Below are positions 29,178-40,308 of a stretch of DNA of 64,000 nucleotides, piece after piece. The notes beneath the pieces were generated by a model that saw only the letters and a list, made by a program, of their open reading frames with translations, was not told where the DNA came from and did not search any database. The first letter of the stretch is position 1, and every line of letters starts with the position of its first letter. Source of the stretch: an uncultured Acidimicrobiia bacterium (GTDB taxonomy: Bacteria; Actinomycetota; Acidimicrobiia; IMCC26256; JAENVU01); the NCBI GenBank assembly GCA_963770105.1, contig CAVYOL010000002.1, positions 392,247-456,246 on the forward strand, in the 5' to 3' direction. Position numbers and translations under genes: made by a program.

Positions 29178-29271
29178 TCTCGATACCGGCGCTGTGAACG
29201 ACACGGAAGCCAGCACGACGGCAAGGACGCCTGCTCACCCCGCCAGTCGGCAACCAGAGGATGCTCCCATC

Positions 29272-30651
29272 ATGCGACGACTCATCGCCGCGATCATGAT
29301 CGCTGCTACCGCGGCCTTCGTCATGGCAACTGCCCAGGGCGCTTCGGCTTCGGATCCCGTGGCCCAAGCGGACTTCGTGGGCAAGATCAACGCGCTGCGC
29401 GCCAGCCAGGGCGCCGGCCAGCTGCAGCTGCACCCGATGCTCACGGCCAAGGCCGAGGCCTGGGCCGCGCACATGGCCGCGACCGGCTGCCTCTGTCACT
29501 CCAACCTCACCGACGGCATCAGCGGGAGCTGGAGCAAGCTGGGTGAGAACGTCGGGCGGGGCCCGAACGTCGCATCGCTCCAGGCCGCGTTCACCGCGTC
29601 GCCCGAGCACTTCGCCAACATGGTCGACAAGCGCTTCGAGTGGGTCGGCATCGGTGTCGCCTACGGCGCGGGCCAGATGTGGGTCGCCGAGGTCTTCATG
29701 GACGGCGCCGGCCCGCCGGCACCGAGTGGGACGCCGCTCGGCCACGTGGACAACGCGGTCCGGGGTCCCGGCCTGATCGGCGTGTCCGGTTGGGCGCTCG
29801 ATCCCGACACCATCGGTCCGATCCAGGTCCACGTCTACGTCGACGGTCACATCAACACGATCACGACGGCGAACACGCCCCGCGCCGACGTCGGCGCGAT
29901 GTTCCCCGGCTACGGCAGCCAGCACGGGTTCTCCACCAACGTCGCCGTCGGCCCGGGTGATCACAGCGTCTGCGCGTACGCGATCAACCAGTACAACGGC
30001 CAGGGGAACCCGACGATCGGCTGCGAGCTGGTCCAGAACACCCCGTTCGGCTCGCTCGACGTCGCCAACCCGAGCCCGAGTGGCCTCCAGGTGACCGGTT
30101 GGGCGATCGGGCCCGACGTCACGAACCCGCTGGCGGTCCACCTCTACTTCAACGGTCACATCGTCAAGGCCGTGAGCGCGTCCTCGTTCCGGCCCGACGT
30201 CGCCCGCTCGTACCCCGCGTTCGGGGTCGGCCACGGCTTCACGACCACGATCCCGGACGAGAGCGGATCGCTGTGCGCCTACGCCATCAACGGCGCCGGC
30301 AACGGCGACAACCCGCTCGTGGGCTGCAAGTTCGTCGACACCAACCCGATCGGCAACCTGGACGGGGCGAGCCGCTGGGGCAACGGCGTGCGCGTGCAGG
30401 GCTGGGCCCTGGACCCGGACGTGACGGCCTCGATCCCGGTCCACGTGTACGTCGACGGCCACCCGGTCGCGGCCATCACGGCCAACGACTCCCGTGCGGA
30501 CATCGGTGCGATGTTCCGGGCCTACAGCTCGAGCCACGCCTTCGACGCCGTGGTCCCGCTGGCGCCCGGGCCGCACATCGTGTGCGCCTACGGGATCAAC
30601 GAGGGCTCCGGGTACGCCAACCCGCTCCTGGGCTGCCGCGTCGTCAGCTAG
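29272..30651 (+). CDS. Secreted CAP (SCP/YkwD-like) domain protein with three GWAxDPD repeats
   Basis: Signal peptide; INALRA, HMA, HS, GENVG, SPEHFANM, GIGV; repeats follow. Confidence 0.88.
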   Translation: MRRLIAAIMIAATAAFVMATAQGASASDPVAQADFVGKINALRASQGAGQLQLHPMLTAKAEAWAAHMAATGCLCHSNLTDGISGSWSKLGENVGRGPNVASLQAAFTASPEHFANMVDKRFEWVGIGVAYGAGQMWVAEVFMDGAGPPAPSGTPLGHVDNAVRGPGLIGVSGWALDPDTIGPIQVHVYVDGHINTITTANTPRADVGAMFPGYGSQHGFSTNVAVGPGDHSVCAYAINQYNGQGNPTIGCELVQNTPFGSLDVANPSPSGLQVTGWAIGPDVTNPLAVHLYFNGHIVKAVSASSFRPDVARSYPAFGVGHGFTTTIPDESGSLCAYAINGAGNGDNPLVGCKFVDTNPIGNLDGASRWGNGVRVQGWALDPDVTASIPVHVYVDGHPVAAITANDSRADIGAMFRAYSSSHAFDAVVPLAPGPHIVCAYGINEGSGYANPLLGCRVVS

Positions 30652-30747
30652 CTGCGGCCGGTGCCCCGGGCGGGCCGCCAACGGGCCGCCCGGCACCGAT
30701 CGTGGCGTCGTACCGCTTGACGCGGCATGGCGGCTTAAGTTGAGAGC

Positions 30748-32290
30748 GTGACGGGTTCGACTGACGACGAACCAGATTCTCGAGATCGCACTCCCCGTCG
30801 CTCGGGCTCCATGCTCAGCGGTGCGGGAGTGCTGGTCGTCGGGCGCTACGTCGTTGCCGCCCTGGGCTGGGCCGCGACGCTCATCGTCGTCCGCCAGCTG
30901 TCGGTCAGCGACTTCGGGAAGTACCAGCTCATCCTGTCGATCCTCGGCATCGTCGGGTTCATCGCCGACCTCAAGCTGAGCCGGATCGTGCTGCGCGACC
31001 TCATGGCCGCGGAGGGCTCCGCGGCCGGGGACATGGTCGGCTCGTACGTCGGGCTCCGCCTGGTGATCGGCTTCGTGTCGTACCTCGTCGCGATGGCGTG
31101 GGTCCTCGTCGGTGGCTATTCGCAGGACATCGTGCTCGGGACCGCGGTCGCGGGCCTGAACCTGATCATCCTCTCCGCCGCGTTCGGCGTGATCCTGCTG
31201 TTCGAGGCCCGGCTGTGGCTGCGCGACATCGCCTGGTCCAACGTGCTCGGCCAGGGCGTGCAGTTCGTGTTCACGATCGCGGTCGCGGTCTTCGGGATCT
31301 CGTCGATCCTGTGGTTCTCGTGGTCGACGGTGGCCAACGCGATCGCGCTGACGTTCTGGCTCGCGCTTCGTCGCGCACCGGACGGTGAGGGTCCGGATCC
31401 ACATCGAATGGCACCGTTGGTGGGTCTGGCTCCGGGAAGCCGCACCGCTCGCCCTCGGTGCCGCGCTCGACACCGTCTACTTCCGGATCGACATCGTCAT
31501 GCTCTCGCTGCTGTCGACCTACACCGCGGTCGCCACGTACAGCGTCGGCTACAAGTTCTCGGACCTCCTGGGCGCGCTGCCGCTGGCCGTGCTCACGCCG
31601 GCGCTCACGATGATGGTCGGCGCGTGGCCGGACGACCCGGCCGCGTTCCGGCGCACGTTCCGGCACACGCTCATCATCCTGTCGGTCGGGGCGGTGGGCG
31701 CGTCGGTCGGGTTCGTGGTGTTCGCCGAGCCCCTCGTCACGTTGCTGTACCAGCAGCGGTACGCGGACGCGACCGACGCGGCGCGGCTGCTCGTCGTCGG
31801 GCAGGGCATCCACTTCTTCACGCTGCTCGCGTTCACGACGCTCGTGGCGGCCGGGCGGAACCGCCTCTATCCGATCGCGATGCTCGTCGGCGTCATCGTG
31901 AACGTCGCGCTCAACATCGTGCTGATCCCGCGGTACTCGTACCTCGGCTCGGGTTGGGCGACGGTCATCACGGAGCTCGCCGTGCTCGTGGTCCTCACGC
32001 TCGGCGTGATCCGGATCCCGGGCGTGCTCCCGTTCCCGTGGGGCGCGCTGGCGAAGTGCTGCGTCGCGGGCGCCCTGACCGGGCTCGTCGGGTGGGCGTT
32101 GCTCGACCGGATCCCGTGGCCGGTCGCCGGCGTGATCACCGCGGCCTTCTACTTCGGCGCCGTCCACCTGATGAAGGTCAACGGGCCCGGCGGGCTCCGG
32201 GCGCTGGCGGGGGAGCCCCGGGACGACCTCGAGGCGATCATCGACACGGGGCTCGACCGGCCGGAGCCCGGCGCGGGGATGCCCGGCTGA
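30748..32290 (+). CDS. Wzx-like polysaccharide flippase (frameshift ~31370)
   Basis: RQLSVSDFGKY, YFRIDIVML, YSVGYK, NVALNIVLIPRY...GWATVITE; 12-14 TM helices. Confidence 0.88.
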
Positions 32291-32300
32291 CGATTTCTGC

Positions 32301-32345
32301 TTGACTTCGCTATCGATGATAGGTAAACTGCCTATCGATGATAGG
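32301..32345 (+). promoter_or_regulatory. Sigma70 promoter with two tetO-like operators
   Basis: TTGACT-N17-TAAACT; CTATC-GAT-GATAG at 32310-32322 and 32332-32344. Confidence 0.8.
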
Positions 32346-32929
32346 TAGCGTGGCGCAGCGGCGCGAGACGAAGGTGGCATCGATCGTGGCCACCGCCTGG
32401 GAGCTGGCCCGCACCCACGGCATCGCCGGGGTCTCGCTCCACGCGCTGGCCCGTGAGGTCGGCATGCGCCAACCGTCGCTCTACGCGTACTTCGACTCGA
32501 AGAACGCGCTGTACGACGCGATGTTCGCCGACGGCAACCGCCAGCTGCTCGAGCGGCTCGACGCGCTGAAGCTGCCGAAGCGACCCGCGCGCCGCGGTGC
32601 AAGACGTTCATGCGCGCGTTCGTCGACGTTCGCGCTCGAGGACATGGCGCGCTGCGCGCTGCTCTTCCAGCGACCCATCCCGGGCTTCGAGCCGTCGCCC
32701 GAGTCCTACGTCGCTCGCCGAAGCGGTGCTCACGCGCGCGGTCGGACGTCCTGCACGCGGCCGGCCTCGAAGCGACAGGGCGACGTCGACTGCTTCGTCG
32801 CCATGGTCGGCGGCCTCATCGACGCGCAGATCAGCAACGACCCCGGTGGCGACCGTTGGACTCGCCACCTCGACCGGCTCGTCGACATGTACCTCGACGA
32901 GCTCCACGAACCAGGAGGACCGCCGATGA
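32338..32929 (+). CDS. TetR/AcrR family regulator (frameshifted)
   Basis: GIAGVSLHALAREVGMRQPSLYAYFDSKNALYD HTH; LLFQRPIPGFEPS. Confidence 0.85.
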
Positions 32930-33661
32930 TGCCGAACCGGATCGAACGACCCGAGGCCCGAGTGCTCGCCGAGGAGGAGTTCGTGCGCTTCGCCGACGCT
33001 CGACCGCGGCGCTCACGCCCGACGAGTGGGCGCTGCCCGACCGACTGCACCGCGTGGGACGTCCGCAAGGTCGCGCTGCACGTGCTCGGCTCCGGCGACG
33101 CGCAGGCGTCGTTCCCGCAGTTCGTGCACCAGCTCCGGCGGGGCGTGCCGCTCAACAAGGAGATCGACTCGCACCACTGGGTCGACGGGATGAACGAGCT
33201 GCAGATCCGCGAGCGCTCGCACCTCTCCAACGACGAGCTCGTCGCGCAGCTCGCGACCGTCGGGCCGAAGGCGGTGAAGGGCCGGTGGCGCACGCCGCTG
33301 CCCGATGCGCTACCTGCCGATCCCGTTCGGGCCGCCGATCGGCTGGACGTCGCTGAAGTACCTCCTCGACGTCGGCTTCACCCGCGACGTCTGGGCCCAC
33401 CGCATCGACATCTGCGGCGCGACCGGCCGGCGACTGCACCTGACCGCCGATCACGACGGCCGGCTCGTCGCCGACATCGTCGGCGAGTGGGCGTCGATCC
33501 ACGGCCAGCCGTTCGAGCTCGTGCTCGAGGGCCCGGCCGGCGGCAAGTTCAGCCAGGGCACCGGCGGCGAGCGCGTCGAGATCGACGCCATCGACTTCGT
33601 CCGGGTCCTGTCCGGTCGCCCGCCCGGCACCGGCGTGCTCGCCAACCCGCTCCCCCTCTGA
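32926..33661 (+). CDS. Mycothiol-dependent maleylpyruvate isomerase family protein (DinB-like; frameshifted)
   Basis: EW..PTDCTAWDVRKVALHV, RDVWAHRIDI. Confidence 0.8.
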
Positions 33662-33675
33662 GAAGGAGCATCACC

Positions 33676-34404
33676 ATGGAAACCCACGTCGACGAGATCG
33701 CCGACCGCATCTTCCGGCTGTCGACCTTCGTCCCCGACATCGGACCGACCGGCTTCACGTTCAACCAGTTCCTCGTCGACGCCGACGCAGCCGCTGCTGT
33801 TCCACACCGGGCCGCGCGGCGATGTTCCCGTCGGTGTCGGCCGCGATCTCGACGGTGATGCCGGTCGAACGCCTGCGCTGGATCACGTTCGGTCATCTCG
33901 AGGCCGACGAGTGCGGCGCGATGAACCTGTTCCTCGCCGCGGCGCCCGACGGCGCAGGTCGCGCACGGCGCGCTCGGCTGCATGGTGTCGATCAACGATC
34001 TCGCCGACCGCCCGCCCGAGCCGATGGGCCCGGACACGTGCTCGACCTCGGCGGCAAGCGGATCCGCAACATCGACACGCCGCACGTCCCGCACGGGTGG
34101 GACGCGCACGTCCTCTACGAGGAGACGACGGGCACGCTGCTCTGCGGCGACCTCTTCACCCAGGTCGGGCGACGGTCCCGCGCTGACCGACGGCGACCTG
34201 GTCGACGCCGCCGCCCAGGCCGAGGACATGTTCGGCTCCACCTGCCTCACGCCGCAGACCGCGCCGACGATCCGTCGCCTGGCCGAGCTCGCGCCCGACC
34301 ACGCTCGCGATCATGCACGGCTCGTCGTTCAACGGGGACTGCGACCAAGGCCCTGCGTCGCCCTCGCCGACGAGTACGACCGCCGCCTGACCGCCGCCGA
34401 GTAG
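33676..34404 (+). CDS. Metallo-beta-lactamase-fold protein (FprA N-terminal-like; frameshifted)
   Basis: FTFNQFL, GHLEADECG, TPHVPHGW, LLCGDLF, IMHGS; AGAAGGAG RBS. Confidence 0.8.
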
Positions 34405-34407
34405 CCC

Positions 34408-34473
34408 CCCGGCTCGTTTCGGGGCGTCGCGTCGTCGCCAGGGCGACGCTGAAACGCCCCGAAACGAGCCGGG
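34408..34473. repeat. Perfect 20-bp inverted repeat with internal hairpin (terminator or REP-like element)
   Basis: CCCGGCTCGTTTCGGGGCGT ... ACGCCCCGAAACGAGCCGGG right after the stop at 34404. Confidence 0.75.
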
Positions 34474-34568
34474 ACGGTGGATTCTCATCGCCCGCACATC
34501 TTCGGATCCGCAGAATGCGACACAAGCCGCGTCTTGGCGCAGGAGTCCGGGCGAGGAGGAGGGCGAGC

Positions 34569-35343
34569 GTGGGCAGCCTGACCGAACGAGCAACGGTCCG
34601 CGGGATGCTCAGGGTCCCGGAGATCACGATCTACTTCTGGATCGTGAAGGGGCTCTCGACCGCGATGGGCGAGTCGACCTCGGACTACCTCGTCAAGCGG
34701 CTCGACCCGGTGCCCGCGGTGTTGCTCGGGTTCGCCGGCTTCGCCATCGCGCTCGGTGCTGCAGCTCCGGATGCGGCGCTACGTCGCGTGGACCTACTGG
34801 TTTGCCGTCGTCATGGTCGGAGTCTTCGGGACCATGTGCGCCGACGTGCTCCACGTCGGCTTCGGCATCCCGTACGCGGCGTCGACGCTCATGTGCCTCG
34901 TCGGCCTCGGCGCGGTGTTCGGGCTCTGGCAGGCCACGGAGAAGACCCTCTCGATCCACACCATCGACACCGACCGCCGGGAGCTCTTCTACTGGGCGGC
35001 GGTCGTCCTGACGTTCGCGCTCGGGACCGGTCTCGGCGACCTCACGGCCGTGACCTTCAACCTCGGCTACTTCTCGTCGATCATCCTCTTCGCGGTCCTG
35101 CTCGCGATTCCCGCGTTGGGCTACTGGCGCCTGCACTGGAACCCGGTCCTGTCCTTCTGGCTCGCGTACGTCATGACGCGGCCGCTCGGGGCGTCGGTCG
35201 CCGACTGGCTCGGAAAGCCCCAGAGCGCGGGCGGGCTCGGATGGGGATCGGGCTGGGTGGCCCTCGCGTTGACGGGCATGATCATCGTGATCGTGGCGTA
35301 CCTCGCACGCACGAAGCTGGACGTCCAGACCTCGCCCGCCTGA
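34569..35343 (+). CDS. COG4705/DUF347-repeat membrane protein (frameshift ~34755)
   Basis: VPEITIYFWIVK..STAMGESTSD, EKTLSIHTIDT.RRELFYW, GTGLGD, FW.AYVMTRPLGAS.AD. Confidence 0.85.
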
Positions 35344-35408
35344 CCCTTCCGGGGCCGCCGGCCGCCTTGGCCCGGGGCATTCCCCGCATACAGGTAGAAT
35401 TTGTGGTC

Positions 35409-36077
35409 GTGAGCAGCGCCGCAGTTCCGCCGGAGGCCCCTGAACCCGATGCCCGGGCCCGGTTGCGGACCGCGGCCCTGGACCGCTTCGGGCGCCAGGG
35501 GGTCAGCGCGACCGGGACCCGCGAGATCGTTGCGGCGGCCGGGCTGCGCAACCCCTCCGCGATCCACTACTACTTCGGGTCCAAGGAAGGGCTGGTCGAG
35601 GACCTCACGAACGAGTTCCGGGGCAGCCAGGCCGCGGTCCTGCGCAGTCAGGTCGAGCTCGGGGCGGGAGGAGCGACGCCGACGCCCACCGAGTGGGCCG
35701 GCGTCGTGGTGGAGTACTCGGCGCAGCTGCTCGCCAGCGAGCGCGGCTGCCTGGTGACCCGGATCTGGGCGGAGTTCGACGACGGCAGCCCCGAGGCCAC
35801 GGACGGGTTCCTCGCGGGGCCGCACCCGCTCGCGACCGCGTGGCGCGACGCGGTCGCCGTGGTGTTCCCGGACCTCCCGCCCGAGGTTGCCGTCGCCCGC
35901 AACGTCGTCGCGCTGCGGACCGCACAATGGATCACCGCGCGCCGCGCCCTGCGCATCCTGAACGGCGAGGTGCTGATCACGCAGACGGATGCGGCCCGGG
36001 CGTGGCTCCTCGAGCTGCTCGTGATCCTGCTGACCTCGGCGACCACCATGACCGCCGAAGCGATCGCGGAGATCTGA
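35409..36077 (+). CDS. TetR family regulator
   Basis: FGRQGVSATGTREIVAAAGLRNPSAIHYYFGSKEGL; TAGAAT -10 just upstream (likely leaderless). Confidence 0.85.
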   Translation: MSSAAVPPEAPEPDARARLRTAALDRFGRQGVSATGTREIVAAAGLRNPSAIHYYFGSKEGLVEDLTNEFRGSQAAVLRSQVELGAGGATPTPTEWAGVVVEYSAQLLASERGCLVTRIWAEFDDGSPEATDGFLAGPHPLATAWRDAVAVVFPDLPPEVAVARNVVALRTAQWITARRALRILNGEVLITQTDAARAWLLELLVILLTSATTMTAEAIAEI

Positions 36078-36104
36078 TCTCCGCGCGGTCAGCACCGCCC
36101 GGGG

Positions 36105-37540
36105 CTAGGCCTCGTAGTAGTAGGAGGACCGGCGCGGTGAGACCGTCCGGTTCACCACCACGCCGACGAGGTTCGCGCCGGCGCGCTCGAGCGCCTCGAG
36201 CGTCTGACGCACCTGGCGGCGCCGGCTCGTCTTGACGTCGAGCACGAAGATCGTGGCGTCGCACTGGGAGGCGACGGCCATGGCGTCGGCGAACATCGCG
36301 GCGGGCGGCGTGTCCACGACGACGAGGCGGACGGCCCGGAGCGAGTCGAGGACGTGCCGGAACGGGCGGGCACCGAGCACCGCCGACGCATCCTGGACCG
36401 GCGCGCCGCTCGCGAGCACGCGCAGGAACGGCGTGTCGGGGAGCTTGCGCAGCATCGTGGCGAGGTCGTTGCCCTGCAGGACCGCGGAGAGCCCGGGCGC
36501 GCGCGGCACGCCGAGCCGTTCGTGCACCGAAGGCTTGCGGAGGTCGGCGTCGACGATCACGACCTTCTCGTCGAGGCCGGCGGCGGACTGGGCGAGGTGC
36601 ACGGCGGTGAACGTCTTGCCGGCACTCTGGTTCGAGCTCACGACCGCGAGCGTGCGCGGCTTGCCGGCGCCTTCGAGCACCATCAGGTTGGTGCGCAGGA
36701 CGCGGAACGCCTCGGTGAGCTCGATGCCCGATCCCTTGGGGATCTTGGCCAGCACCGGCAGGCCCGTGATGCGGGTGACGTCCGCGGTGTCCTCGGTGCG
36801 CGAGAACCGGTCACCGGTGTAGTGGACGAGGACCGTCAGCTCGGCCACGACGACCAGGGAGACGACGAACGCCAGGATGGCGTCCCGCAGCGGCATGGGC
36901 GAGATCGGGCTGTCACCCGCGATGCGCGCCGGAGATCGTGACGAGGTTGTCGTCCTTGCGGCTCCGGATGTCGATCTCGGCCTGGTTGTACGCGTCGATC
37001 TGACCCTGCAGCGCGGCCCGGTCGGGGTCGCCCGGCGGCAGTGCGTTGAGCTGGGTCTGCGCCTGGTTGCGGGCGGTCTGGACCGGCAGCAGGTCGGCGA
37101 ACTTCGCCTCCGTCTGCTGCGCCTGGATCGTGGAGACGAGCGACGCCGCCGGCGAACCGGGTCAGCCGCTCGGCGTCCGCCCGGTTCGGCCCGGTGGCCT
37201 TGACCTCGACGAAGCCGAGGTCGCCGACCTGGCTCGCCGAGATCCGGTTCGTCGCCTGCTCGACGGTGAGCTTCATCCCCGAGGTCTTGATCGCGTTGCG
37301 GACCACGGTCGGCGTCTTCGCGTACTGCGCGTAGTTCTGCGCGAGGTACGTCGACGCGTCGGCCAGGGTCTGCCCGTTGGTGGCCGCGTTCCCGGGCACG
37401 ACCTCGAGCTGGGCCTTCGCCTGGTACTCCTTGGACTGCACCGTGCTCGCGGCGAAGACCAGGACGGCGATGCCGACCGAGATGAGGAGGATCCGCAGCC
37501 AGTTCTGTGCAATGACGCGGAAATGTGCCGCCAGATCCAT
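36105..37540 (-). CDS. Polysaccharide co-polymerase/tyrosine autokinase (Wzz + CpsD/CapB, Wzc-like; frameshifted)
   Basis: N-terminal TM, EAFRVLRTNL, AGKT, VDADLRKP, VVVDTPP, C-terminal SSYYYEA tyrosine cluster. Confidence 0.88.
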
Positions 37541-37649
37541 GGGGGGATCATGATAGGTGCACGGAGCGGCCGAACCGGGGCATGAGCGCCGCCCGATCGG
37601 TCGTGGAGCGGCCGAAATCGGACCGAACGCCGCGGCGGGCGGACGGTCC

Positions 37650-39071
37650 CTACGGCGTGAGGTGCGACGCCGTGGTTCCGGGCCCCTGGACCGCGGGCCC
37701 GGGGGCGAGCTTGGGCGCCATCGTCGCGACGATGGCGATCATCACCCAGAAGAGCTGGTCCATCGGCACCAGCTCGAAGTAGGTCGCGACGAGCGAGCCC
37801 ACCATGATCGCGAGGAGCTGCGCGGCGACACCGCAGACGAAGTCCTGGTCGATTCCGGTGACTCTTCGCTCGGTGTCTCTGGTGACCAGGAACATGGACA
37901 CCAACATGATCACGAAGAGCCACAGCGCGAAGAAGCCGAGCTCGAACGCCACCTTGAGCCAGGAGTTGTCGGGCACATAGGTCGCGTTGGGATCCTTGTT
38001 GTTCAGCTTCGCGGACTTCTCGGCCGCGGCGCCGGTGGTCCCGATGCCGGTGCCGAACACCGGGCTCTTCGCGAAGAGATCGACCCGGTCGCCCCAGGAG
38101 AGCGTGCGGTCCCCGAGGCTGTGCGAGCTGAACACCGCGCTGCTCACGTTCGCGCCCGAGGGGATGAAGAGCGCGGCGACGAGCACGAGCGGGATGCCGT
38201 ACACGAGGATCTTGTAGCGGTGGAACGCGAGGTAGAGGAGGCCGATCGCGAGGCCGAGCATGGCGCCGCGCACGAAGCTGAAGAGCAACCCGGCCGAGAG
38301 GATGGGCAGTGAGAGGAAGAAGAGCTTGCTCCGCAGGCGCTTGCGGTTGCGGCGAGGCCATCGGCAGCCCGATGAGGATCACCAGCATCTCGTAGAAGCC
38401 GAACGAGAACGGCAGGTTGAACGTCGAGAAGGAGCGGAGCGTGAAGCCCGTCGTGAACCGGATGTTGTCGTCGTAGGCGTAGCCGAGCGAGTGCAGGTAC
38501 GCGTCGACCCACCACCTGCTGCCAGAGACCGACCATCGCGGTCACGAAGCCGAGAAGCATGAAGATCGAGACGAGGTGATCGCGCTCGCGACGATCGAGC
38601 GGGCACCGCCAGATCGCGAGCGGCGAGCAGGATGCTGAAGTACGAGAGTCGGAGCCCGGTGAGCGCCGTGTTGATGTCGACGAAGAACGCCGAGGCCAGC
38701 CCCAGCGCGAGCAGGCCGCCGTACGCGGGTGCCCACGCCGGGAACTTGCGGTGCTCCTGGCGCCCGTGCCTCCGGCGGGCAGAGGAAGGTCAACAGCGAG
38801 GATCCCGATGATGAAGACCTGCTTCCACGGGCTCGTCCACGCCGGGACCGAGGACCTTGAGCATGCCGTCGAACGGCAGGATCGCGACCATGATCAGCAC
38901 GCCGCGCTGCGGCCGCCGGTAGACCGCGACCGCGGTCGGGATCAGGATGGCGAGGCCGAGCACCCAGAGCCCGAGCCCGAACACCAGCGCGCCGACCAGG
39001 ACGACGACGCCGACCACGAGCAGGATCGGTGCGGCGATCAGGCGTTGCGCGCGTCTCGCGAGTGCTTCCAT
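37650..39071 (-). CDS. O-antigen ligase/Wzy-family polymerase (frameshifted)
   Basis: Polytopic; RSFSTFNLPF, SFVRGA, FGTGIG, DNSWLKVAFELG. Confidence 0.78.
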
Positions 39072-39144
39072 CCCGCCCGATGGTACCGGCGGGCCGGATC
39101 GGAAGTGCGCGCCTCGACCCCCCGGAAATGTGGGCCGGGGGCCG

Positions 39145-40283
39145 CTACGTGCGGATGAGCGTGCGGTACAGCGCCACGACCATGGCGGCGTTCTCGTCCC
39201 AGGTCGATCGCGTCCGGCGGTGGCTGCGGCGGCGCGTGGCGGCTCGCCGGGGCACGTCGGCGGCCGCGTGATCGCGGCGCAGCCACGCGACCCGGTCGGA
39301 CGCGTCGACGTGGGTCACGGCATCCGAGCCCGCCGAGACCTCGACCAGCGCGGGATCGGTGCTGGCGATCACGGGCGCGCCGAACGTCCGCGCCTCGAGC
39401 AACGGAAAGCCGAAGCCCTCCTCGAGGGTCGGGAAGAGCACGACCGTGCGCGTGCTCGTAGCACCAGCGGAGCGCGGCATCCGACGCGCCGCGCAGCCAG
39501 AGTGCACTCCCGTCGCCCTGGAGATCCAGGAGCCGGCGACGTCGTCTCCTCGCTGTGCGGTGCCGGGGTGCCCGAGCACGACGAGCGTGAAGCCGTCCGT
39601 CGCGGCGGGCGACGTCGGGCCAGAGGTCGAGCAGCAGCCCGACGTTCTTGCGGGGCGCGAGATCCCCGACGACGAGCGCGAAGCGGGTGCCGACCAGCTG
39701 GGGCACCGGTTCCGGCGCGGTGTCGACGAGCTTGCTGCTCAGGCCGTTCGGCACGACGACGGTCTTCGGGCCCCACTTCGGGTCGATGGCGACCAGGCGG
39801 TCGCGGGTGGCCGCGCTCACCGCGACGAGCCGCGTCGCCGCGTTGATCGACGTGCGGTACTGGCGGGGGAGGAAGCAGGCGCTTGGCGGGTGACGACTCG
39901 TGGGCCCGGGTGATGGTCATGAGGTCGTGGATCGTCGAGCACCGTCGGCAGGGAGGTGCGGGGGACGAGGTGCTTCGTCCCGTGCACGATCTCGGCCCCG
40001 GCCGCGGCGAATTTCCGGCCGCTCGCGTACCGCTCCCACAACGCGATGCCGAGCTGGCCCGCCCGCGGGGACGGTGACCATCGCGTCCAGGCGTGTCCCC
40101 GCGAGCTCCCTGACCCGGTCGGCCGCGGTCGCGGGCGCCCCCACGATGAGGCGCACGTCGTCGCGCCGCGCGAGCCCGGCGACCAGCTCCTCGGTGTAGC
40201 GGCCGATGCCGCCCGGTCGGTCGATCGTGTCGGCCAGGACGCCGACGCGCAGGGGGGACGAATCGGCTGCCTGGATCCGGCAT
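39145..40283 (-). CDS. Glycosyltransferase family 4 (heavily frameshifted)
   Basis: GGIGRY, TIHDL, PRKN, FPTLEEGFGFPLLEA. Confidence 0.78.
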
Positions 40284-40308
40284 GTCGCCGCTAGCCTAAG
40301 GCGCTCCG

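Noticed and set aside
28882-29271. c-di-AMP (ydaO) riboswitch in the long intergenic region before the CAP gene
   Set aside because: The conserved ydaO sequence blocks were not recognisable; a covariance-model search would be needed to exclude it fully.
16150-30651. The repeat units as DNA-level repeats or mobile elements
   Set aside because: They are in-frame protein repeats with diverged nucleotide sequence and no terminal repeats or transposase.
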